DNA from: Pendulispora albinea
GTDB lineage: Bacteria > Myxococcota_A > Polyangia > Polyangiales > Polyangiaceae
Direction: 5' to 3' (one strand)
NCBI RefSeq assembly: GCF_037157815.1
Contig: NZ_CP089984.1
Length of the DNA: 32,000 nt
Positions 24,518-31,207 of the stretch are shown here, in pieces; position 1 is the first letter of the stretch, and each line of letters begins with the position of its first letter. A program made the translations under genes and the position numbers. The notes beneath the pieces are model-generated. The model was not told where the DNA came from. It did no database searches and saw nothing but the letters and a program-made list of their open reading frames with translations.

Positions 24518-24546
24518 CAGCGAGACTGGGGTAGAGGGGGATAAGC

Positions 24547-25467
24547 ATGGAAAGCATTTCCTCCAAGAAAGCGTTTCGGAGTGCGCGGGCCGAGACGCTG
24601 AATACAGCGCTCCAAGCGCCACTCGAGAACCGCTACTTGGGAAGGCCCGTGGGGGCGGGCCTGCTCGATTACGAGATTTACCTGCGGACGTCGGAGCTGC
24701 GCTCGCTGCAGTCGTCGCCCAGCGATCTCGTCGTCCCCGACGAAATGTTGTTTCAAGTGACGCACCAGAGTCAGGAGCTCTGGCTCAAATTGGCCGCATT
24801 CGAGTCGGTCACCCTCGTCGAGGCCATCGACACCGACGACCTTTGGGCCGCGTGCGAGACCTTGAAGCGCCAGGTGCTGGTGATGCGAAACCTGGAGCAC
24901 GAGCTGGGGGTCATCTCCACCTTGTCGCCCGAAGCGTTCCTCGTCATACGCAAATTCCTCGGAAATGGCAGCGGGCTCCAATCGCCAGGCTACTTCGAGT
25001 TGCTCCTCGGGGCCGAGAGCTGCAACGAAGCACTGCATCAATTGCTCGAACGGCGCGCGGCCAAGCTTCGAGACGTGTACGAGTCGCCCTCCCGATATCG
25101 CGATTTGCACCACATATGCGAGCTGTTTCTCGATTGGGACGCCGGATTCCAATTGTGGCTCACCGCGCATTTTTCGCTGGTCCGTCGCACGTTGGGCATC
25201 GATCGCACGGTCAAAGCGCTCGACGGCTTCCCCACGGTTGCCCTCGGTCCCCGCACCACCAAGCCGCTGTTCCCCGCGCTCTGGGAGATTCGCGTCGAAA
25301 TGTCGCGCGTCTGGACCCGCGAGGGCGGCCCGACCCCCGGGGCCCGACCGCGTTCGCCTTCGGAGGGCCGCGCGCCCAGCCACCCCAGCGTGGTGGCCAG
25401 TCCGCTGGTGGCCTGCGACGAAGACAGCGCATCGGGCGTGCGCACCGGTTTCCGGAACCGGAAATGA
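24547..25467 (+). CDS. Tryptophan 2,3-dioxygenase (TDO)-superfamily heme protein, divergent
   Basis: ORF track 306 aa. LDYEIYLRTSELRSLQ...DEMLFQVTHQSQELWLKL matches the TDO L-x-Y-x-x-Y-L...DE-x-LF-I-x-HQ-x-x-ELW-x-K block (distal His). LSPEAFLVIRKFLGNGSGLQS aligns to F-R-x-Y-L-x-x-x-SGFQS. WLTAHFSLVRRTLG aligns to W-R-x-x-H-x-x-M-V-x-R-x-x-G (proximal His). The following GTGGSSG motif is absent. Confidence 0.7.
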   Translation: MESISSKKAFRSARAETLNTALQAPLENRYLGRPVGAGLLDYEIYLRTSELRSLQSSPSDLVVPDEMLFQVTHQSQELWLKLAAFESVTLVEAIDTDDLWAACETLKRQVLVMRNLEHELGVISTLSPEAFLVIRKFLGNGSGLQSPGYFELLLGAESCNEALHQLLERRAAKLRDVYESPSRYRDLHHICELFLDWDAGFQLWLTAHFSLVRRTLGIDRTVKALDGFPTVALGPRTTKPLFPALWEIRVEMSRVWTREGGPTPGARPRSPSEGRAPSHPSVVASPLVACDEDSASGVRTGFRNRK

Positions 25468-26630
25468 GCGAGGCGCTCGACGTCGTACGATTGCGGGCGC
25501 AGTTCCCGCAATTGGAGCAGTGCGTTTATCTCAATAGCAACTCCACCGGCATCGTGCCGAAGGGCGCCAAGGCGGTGCTCCAGGACTATTGGGAGACCCT
25601 CGCCCATTGGCGCGATGACGCGTGGGCCGTCTGGTGGACCGAGCTGCACCGCTACGCCGACGATCTGGCGGCTTTTCTGGGCGCCCCCGCCGGCTCGGTG
25701 ATCTGCGACGTCAATGTCGCCACCTTGCTGGGCCGATTCGCGAGCGCGCTCGACTACACGCCGAGCGGCCCCGCGGCGAAGTACCGCATCGTGACCAGCG
25801 ATTTGGAGTTTCCGACCGCCAAGCCCCTCTTTCGAGGCTTGGCCCGCGCGGGCGCGGAGACGGACGTCGTCCCGTCACGCGATGGTTTCAGCATCGACGA
25901 ACGAGCCGTGATCGACGCCATCGATGCGCGCACGCGCCTCGTTTTTCTCTCGCTCGCCACCTCCAATACCGGGGCGCTGCTCGACCTTTCGGGCATCGTC
26001 GCCAAGGCGCACGAGGTGGGCGCATTGGTGGCGGTCGACGCCTATGCCGCGCTGGGAATCGTTCCGCTGGACGTCACCGAGCTGGGGGTCGACGTCCTCT
26101 TCGGCGGCGCCAGCAAATGGCTGTGCGGCACCTACCACGCGGCCTTCATGTACATCCGGCCGGAGCTCACCGCCACCCTTACGCCGCTCACCCCCGGGTG
26201 GATGGCCACGCGCGAGCCGCTCACCTTCCAGCCCCAGGGCGAGCTGGCCGAGGGGGCGCGGCGCTTTGCCGGGGGCACGCCGCTGGTGCTTCCTCTTCTG
26301 ATCGCGCGGGTCGGCTTCGAGTTGATGCGCACGTTTGGCATCGTCCACCTTCGGGCGCTCTCCCTCGCGCACACCCAGCGCGTGATCGACCACGCGGACG
26401 GCGCGGGCCTGACGGTGGCCACCCCGCGCGAGCCAAGCCGGCGCGCAGGGATGGTCTGCCTTCGGTTCGAGGGCGACGAGGACGTGGCGCGCGCGCTCGT
26501 GGGGCGCCAGATGATCTGCAGCTACCGGGGCGGGTTGCGCATCGGGCCGCACGCATTCAACACGGCGGGCGAAATCGACACCTTTATGCGCACCCTCATC
26601 GAGCTGGCCAAGGCCCGGGGGCGTGGGTGA
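25464..26630 (+). CDS. Kynureninase-like PLP-dependent enzyme (aminotransferase class V fold)
   Basis: The ATG at 25464 overlaps the TDO-like stop (ATGA). It is colinear with remembered Pseudomonas kynureninase: LRAQFPQLEQCVYLNSNSTG vs LRQQFALPEGVIYLDGNSLG; YRIVTSDLEFPT vs RVIVTETSNFPTD; VDAYAALGIVPLDVTELGVDVLFGGASKWLCG vs [33 protein letters not shown] (PLP Lys); TPGW; RRFAGGTP vs ARYLCGTQP. Confidence 0.7.
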   Translation: MSEALDVVRLRAQFPQLEQCVYLNSNSTGIVPKGAKAVLQDYWETLAHWRDDAWAVWWTELHRYADDLAAFLGAPAGSVICDVNVATLLGRFASALDYTPSGPAAKYRIVTSDLEFPTAKPLFRGLARAGAETDVVPSRDGFSIDERAVIDAIDARTRLVFLSLATSNTGALLDLSGIVAKAHEVGALVAVDAYAALGIVPLDVTELGVDVLFGGASKWLCGTYHAAFMYIRPELTATLTPLTPGWMATREPLTFQPQGELAEGARRFAGGTPLVLPLLIARVGFELMRTFGIVHLRALSLAHTQRVIDHADGAGLTVATPREPSRRAGMVCLRFEGDEDVARALVGRQMICSYRGGLRIGPHAFNTAGEIDTFMRTLIELAKARGRG

Positions 26631-27676
26631 GCGGCGAGGCCGCCGAGCCGTTCTCACCGCGGGCTCTTTTGAGCCTGCTCTTCAACGCCAGCAAAGGCCT
26701 CGATGTAGTTCGTGCCTCGCTCGATCTCGGCGTTCTGGCGCGCCTCGATCGGGGCCCCGTCACCTTGGGCGAGCTGGCGCACGAGACGGGCGCGGTTCCG
26801 CTGCGGCTTTACAAGCTGCTCGACGCGCTGGAGACCTTGGGCTTCGTTCGCCGCGAAGATCTCGGAAACGAGCTCGAAACGACGCGCTACACCGCGCGCG
26901 AGCCCTTGGAGGCCGCCGCGCGCGCGGTCTTGGGCGAGGGCTCGATCGAGCGCGATCGGGACAAGTACCCCTGGCGCATCCTGGAAGGAAAATTGCCCGC
27001 CACCTTGCGCGGCGAGCATCACATCCCCCGCGCGGCGTTCGACTGGCCTCCGTCCACCTTCGAGCAGTTCGAGCAGTTCGAGGCCAGCATGGCCGCGGGC
27101 GTCCCACCCATCGCCGAGGCGTTTCGTGCGGCGCACGATGACCTTTTTTCCTTTGGCGGCGCCGGCGCGGATCCCGTGCGCTGGCTCGATATCGGCGGCG
27201 GCGATGGGGCGCTGGCCGCCTCGGTCCTCGCGGCCGACGCCCGCGTCACGGCCGATGTGTACAACCTCGGCATGACGGAGCCGCTCGTGCGAAAGCGCGC
27301 GCGCGACGCGGGCCTCGAGGGCAGGCTCGGGTTCGTGGCCGGCGATTTCGCGAACGAGGAGCTCCCGGGCGGCTACGACGTCGTCTCCTTCGTGCGCGTG
27401 CTGCACGACTGGCCGGCCCCGTTCTCGCGCATGCTGCTCGACAAGGCCACGCGGGCGCTCGCACCCGGAGGCCGCCTCGTGGTGTGCGAAGAGTTCCGAA
27501 CGCGCGAGCGCTTGGCGATTCAATTTTTCTGGACCTATTTTCTGATCGGTGTCGATTCGTGCGTGAGCCGCTTGCGCGAGGTCGAATTCTATGTCGGCGA
27601 GCTCGCGAGGCGCGGTTACCGCGATCTCCTCGTGCGCCCCGGTGCGTTCGATGTCCTCGTCGCGACGCGCGCGTGA
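26627..27676 (+). CDS. Class I SAM-dependent O-methyltransferase, family 2 (COMT/ASMT-like, with N-terminal wHTH dimerisation domain)
   Basis: The GTG at 26627 overlaps the preceding stop (GTGA). N-terminal: DLGVLARLDRGPVTLGELA. SAM motif I: WLDIGGGDGALA. Also FVAGDF, and catalytic-His block SFVRVLHDWP typical of Methyltransf_2 O-methyltransferases. Confidence 0.8.
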   Translation: MSGEAAEPFSPRALLSLLFNASKGLDVVRASLDLGVLARLDRGPVTLGELAHETGAVPLRLYKLLDALETLGFVRREDLGNELETTRYTAREPLEAAARAVLGEGSIERDRDKYPWRILEGKLPATLRGEHHIPRAAFDWPPSTFEQFEQFEASMAAGVPPIAEAFRAAHDDLFSFGGAGADPVRWLDIGGGDGALAASVLAADARVTADVYNLGMTEPLVRKRARDAGLEGRLGFVAGDFANEELPGGYDVVSFVRVLHDWPAPFSRMLLDKATRALAPGGRLVVCEEFRTRERLAIQFFWTYFLIGVDSCVSRLREVEFYVGELARRGYRDLLVRPGAFDVLVATRA

Positions 27677-28034
27677 GTCCATCGAACGCCAAAGGTTCCC
27701 GTCTTCCATTCGGTTGATCGCGGAAGCGTGCGCGCGCGCCGGCGCCGCGCGGTCGGAAACGTCCACCTACAGCGGAGTTGGACGGACACAAATCACCTTC
27801 AAATTTTCGTGATTGGAAATCATTCAAGTAGAAACTCACGGTTCAGCACCGTATTGTTTGGATATCGGGTTCTTCCGGTGCGGGATCACTTCGGTATTGC
27901 CCCGCGTCCGGGTTGCGCTGGATCCCGACAGAACCAGCGAACCTTCGTACTCGAGGGTGCGTGCATTCACGTGCCTTCGGGGGTAACGAAAGAACGCGCC
28001 GGGAGCGGCGAGCGGCGACGAAAGGAAAACTGAA

Positions 28035-29831
28035 ATGGGGCGGGCAAATGCGGCTTTCTATCTCGCGTTGGTAGCGAGCGTGTCGGGAGGACTGCTCAGC
28101 GGTGCGTGCGTTTCGGCGGACGCGGGCGAGTCCAATGCGGCGTCCCCCGATGAGGGCGCCGCTTCTACGGTTGAAGCGTCATTGATGTCCCACGCACCAA
28201 CCACGCGCCAAACGCCGATCGCGCTCGCGCTCGACGTGGACAATGGAAAAGGGACTCCCATCCAGGTTCGCTCGGGGCAAACGTTCTTTCTCAATCAACT
28301 CGATTTGCGCGCAGGCTTCGACACCGACGTGGACGAAGGCCTCGACGGACTGCGTCGTCACGGTGACTTCTCCGATCTTTCCTGGCGGGGGCTCGAAAAG
28401 GCGGACGAATCCGCCCTGGACGCGCCGGATGCCACCACCCGCTTGTTTACCAATCGCCGTTTCTATCGCAATGCGCGGTGGATGAACGAGCGTTCGTTTT
28501 TCGTCCTCGAGCAGCTGGACACGCGCGGCCGGCCCACATCGTTCCCCCTGCTGTACGACGCGGGGGTGGATCGGGACCGGCGTGATTCGGATTCCTTTTT
28601 CGTGCGAAGGACGCGCGGCATTCAGTGGACGTTCGATTGCGCCACCCGAACGGATTGCCGCAGGGCAAAGCGATTTCGCGAGGAGGCTTTGGTCGAGCTG
28701 CGCAACACCCTCCACCCGGAAAAGACCTTCGTCATCGCCAAGGCGACCACGCAATTCCGATTGACTTGGTCGCTCCATCCGACCCGCAGCTACACCATCC
28801 CCGTCGCGCAAGATCCATCGCCTGCCTTCGATTACGGATTTCAGATCGACGTGAAGGCGCTCACGGCGCCCCGGGCCGATGGAACGTACCCGCCGGGATC
28901 GAATATCAAATTCAAATTGACCCTCCGGGACGGCGCCGGCAATCGGCTGCACCCGGAGGGCTCGCTCCCGACGTACAACGATGTGCGCTTCGGGCGTGTA
29001 GATAGTGGCATATATTATTATCGCGCCTTCTTCGACGCGACCACCACGTACTACCGCCGCAAGCACCGTGAACGGATGCTCATGAGCACCTTGGAGGGGC
29101 CGGCCCAGGATATCCAGGCTGGACGCAATATCGTCCCCGGGAGCCTCTTCTTCGATCCCGAAATCGATGTTCAGCCCACGGCGCTGCCCGAGCGCGACGG
29201 CTTCCTGGCGGAGTTCCGGACGTTCCCCACCTCCCACGATTTGTTCGGGGGCGAGCGATTCTGGGACAATCCGGTGACCGATACGTGGGAATACCCCATT
29301 CCCGCCAACGCCAAGCCGGGCACCTATTACGTCACCACCAAAGGCCGCCGCGTCTACCGCGGCGAAGACATTCCGGCCACGCAAACGCTGAAGATCCAAA
29401 TCGGTTCGCCCGAGCCCACGACGACCCCCTTGCCCACCGGTCCGTGCAACACGTGCCACGCGGGCGGCTCGTCGCTGGCCGTGGTGGCCCACGCCAACCC
29501 GGATCGCGCCACCTGCACCGGGTGCCATGTGCCGTTGGAGTTCGAGCTCGAGGGGCCCGTCTACGTGCGCACACACTTCATCCATTCCCGCTCGAACCGG
29601 GTCGACGCGCGCATCGACCAATGTGAGAAGTGCCACCTCACGGCCGACAGCATCCAGCGCACCAGCAAATCGGCGTGCCTCTCGTGCCACAAGACCTACC
29701 CCCGCTGGCACGTCCAACGGTTCGGGCCGATTGACAACATGTACGTGGGGGAAACGTCGCAGCGAAGCTTCGACCAATGCACCTCGAGCTGCCATGCGAC
29801 GCACCCGGGGAGCAAACTCGGGCGGGAGTAG
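28035..29831 (+). CDS. Multiheme c-type cytochrome (probable lipoprotein) with a ~470-aa N-terminal domain of unknown function
   Basis: ORF track 598 aa. Signal peptide MGRANAAFYLALVASVSGGLLSGAC. The last ~130 aa carry CNTCH, CTGCH, CEKCH and CLSCH (four CXXCH) plus CTSSCH (CX3CH). SD AAAGGAAAA precedes the ATG. Confidence 0.75.
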   Translation: MGRANAAFYLALVASVSGGLLSGACVSADAGESNAASPDEGAASTVEASLMSHAPTTRQTPIALALDVDNGKGTPIQVRSGQTFFLNQLDLRAGFDTDVDEGLDGLRRHGDFSDLSWRGLEKADESALDAPDATTRLFTNRRFYRNARWMNERSFFVLEQLDTRGRPTSFPLLYDAGVDRDRRDSDSFFVRRTRGIQWTFDCATRTDCRRAKRFREEALVELRNTLHPEKTFVIAKATTQFRLTWSLHPTRSYTIPVAQDPSPAFDYGFQIDVKALTAPRADGTYPPGSNIKFKLTLRDGAGNRLHPEGSLPTYNDVRFGRVDSGIYYYRAFFDATTTYYRRKHRERMLMSTLEGPAQDIQAGRNIVPGSLFFDPEIDVQPTALPERDGFLAEFRTFPTSHDLFGGERFWDNPVTDTWEYPIPANAKPGTYYVTTKGRRVYRGEDIPATQTLKIQIGSPEPTTTPLPTGPCNTCHAGGSSLAVVAHANPDRATCTGCHVPLEFELEGPVYVRTHFIHSRSNRVDARIDQCEKCHLTADSIQRTSKSACLSCHKTYPRWHVQRFGPIDNMYVGETSQRSFDQCTSSCHATHPGSKLGRE

Positions 29832-29867
29832 CGGCGCTCTTCCACGTGTACGGGGAGGGGGAGCCAG

Positions 29868-30737
29868 GTGTACAGTGCGCCCGTGCGCGTCTGGATCCTG
29901 GGAAGCGGCTCGAGTGGCAACGCCACGATCGTCGAGGCCGGTGGCGCGCGGGTGCTCATCGATTGTGGGATGGGCCCGCGCGCCCTCGCGAACCGCATGG
30001 CGGCGCACGGGGCGGGCAAGCTTTACGCGGGGGATCTCGACGCCATCGTGGTCACCCACGAGCACCAGGATCACGTGGCGCATCTGGAGGCCCACGCCCG
30101 CACCTTCGATGCGCCTGTGTATTTGCACCACGGCATCGCGGCGCGCGAGGTTCGAGACCGCTACGAGGTGCGCCCGTACGAGGCGCGCGCGCCGTTTCGG
30201 GTGGGCCCGTTCTCCATCGAGGCGCTGTCCGTGCCCCACGATGCGCCGCAGGTGGCGCTTCGCATCGCCACCGAGCAACACGCCTTTGGCTTGGTGACCG
30301 ACGTGGGGCACGTTCCGCCGGACCTCGCGCCGTTTCTGGGCACGTGCGATGCGGCGTTGGTGGAGGCGAATTATTGCCCCGAGCTCCTTTGGATCGGGCC
30401 CTATCCGACGTTTTTGAAGCGCCGGGTCTCGGGTGGTCTGGGGCACCTGGCGAACCATGAGGCAGCCGAGCTGGCGTCCCGTTTGGTGGGAACGCGTCTG
30501 GCGCGCTTGGTGTTGGGGCATGTCTCGCGCACGAACAATGAGCCGGAACGGGCTCTGGCGGCCGTGCGGCAGAGGTCTGGTCCCCTCGATGTGCGAATGG
30601 TACGTCCTGGTGCTGTGTCCGTGCTCGACATGGCCTCCCTCGAGGCGGCTGCGTCGTCCGGAGCGCGTGGCAGCGTCACGAAAGCCGGCAAAAACGCCCG
30701 AAGAAGCGCAGCGGCGCAACTGACCTTCGGGTTCTAA
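29868..30737 (+). CDS. MBL-fold metallo-hydrolase, YycJ/WalJ-like
   Basis: ORF track 289 aa (GTG start). Motifs: VWILGSGSSGNATIVEAGGARVLIDCG, VVTHEHQDHVAHL (HxHxDH), SVPHDA, LVTDVGHV, EANYCPELLWIGPYPTFLKRRVSGGLGHLANHEAA and LGHVSRTNN. These run parallel to remembered B. subtilis YycJ blocks. Confidence 0.85.
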   Translation: MYSAPVRVWILGSGSSGNATIVEAGGARVLIDCGMGPRALANRMAAHGAGKLYAGDLDAIVVTHEHQDHVAHLEAHARTFDAPVYLHHGIAAREVRDRYEVRPYEARAPFRVGPFSIEALSVPHDAPQVALRIATEQHAFGLVTDVGHVPPDLAPFLGTCDAALVEANYCPELLWIGPYPTFLKRRVSGGLGHLANHEAAELASRLVGTRLARLVLGHVSRTNNEPERALAAVRQRSGPLDVRMVRPGAVSVLDMASLEAAASSGARGSVTKAGKNARRSAAAQLTFGF

Positions 30738-30767
30738 GCTTTCGAAGGCTTGGGATGGCATCGGGCC

Positions 30768-30800
30768 GGATTGGCCCGCCACCGCTCCTGGATTGGCCCG
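30768..30800 (+). promoter_or_regulatory. Perfect 11-bp direct repeat GGATTGGCCCG x2 (22-bp register) upstream of yggX
   Basis: Read directly at 30768-30778 and 30790-30800, which is 64-96 nt upstream of ATG 30864. The function is inferred only. Confidence 0.3.
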
Positions 30801-30863
30801 TCATGGCGCTGTCATTGCCCTGGGGTGGAACGACGGAGGAGCGAGTGGTAGAAGCACAACGCC

Positions 30864-31154
30864 ATGTCAGAAGAACGGATCGTCCATTGCCGCCTGCTCA
30901 AGAAAGACCTCCCTGGCTTGCAGAAGCCACCCTACAAGAACGAGCTCGGGCGACAGATTTACGAGCAGGTCTCCAAGGAGGCGTGGGACCGATGGTTGAA
31001 GGACTCGGTCAAATACATCAACACCTACCGCCTCGACCTCGCGTCGCCCGAGGGGCAAAAGTTCATGCTCAAGCAAGCCGCCGTCTACTTCGGCTTCGAA
31101 GAGGGCGATTTGGCCCCCACGGCCTTCGTGCCGCGCGACGACGAATCGAAGTGA
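30864..31154 (+). CDS. yggX: Fe(2+)-trafficking / oxidative-damage protection protein YggX
   Basis: ORF track 96 aa. RIVHCRLLKKDLPGLQKPPYKNELGRQIYEQVSKEAWDRWLKDSVKYINTYRLD parallels E. coli YggX ([52 protein letters not shown]). Confidence 0.9.
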   Translation: MSEERIVHCRLLKKDLPGLQKPPYKNELGRQIYEQVSKEAWDRWLKDSVKYINTYRLDLASPEGQKFMLKQAAVYFGFEEGDLAPTAFVPRDDESK

Positions 31155-31207
31155 CCTAGCTCATGTAGCGAATCTCAGCGCATTGCAGCGCAAAACCGAG
31201 GGGAACG

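Noticed and set aside
28179-30782. 867-aa ORF on the minus strand, the longest ORF in this part of the window
   Set aside because: It lies antisense to two genes with strong family signatures (multiheme cytochrome, YycJ-like MBL hydrolase). Its translation is Arg/Gly/Ala/Pro-rich with no recognisable motif. This is a typical shadow ORF of high-GC DNA, where stops are rare in the antisense frame.
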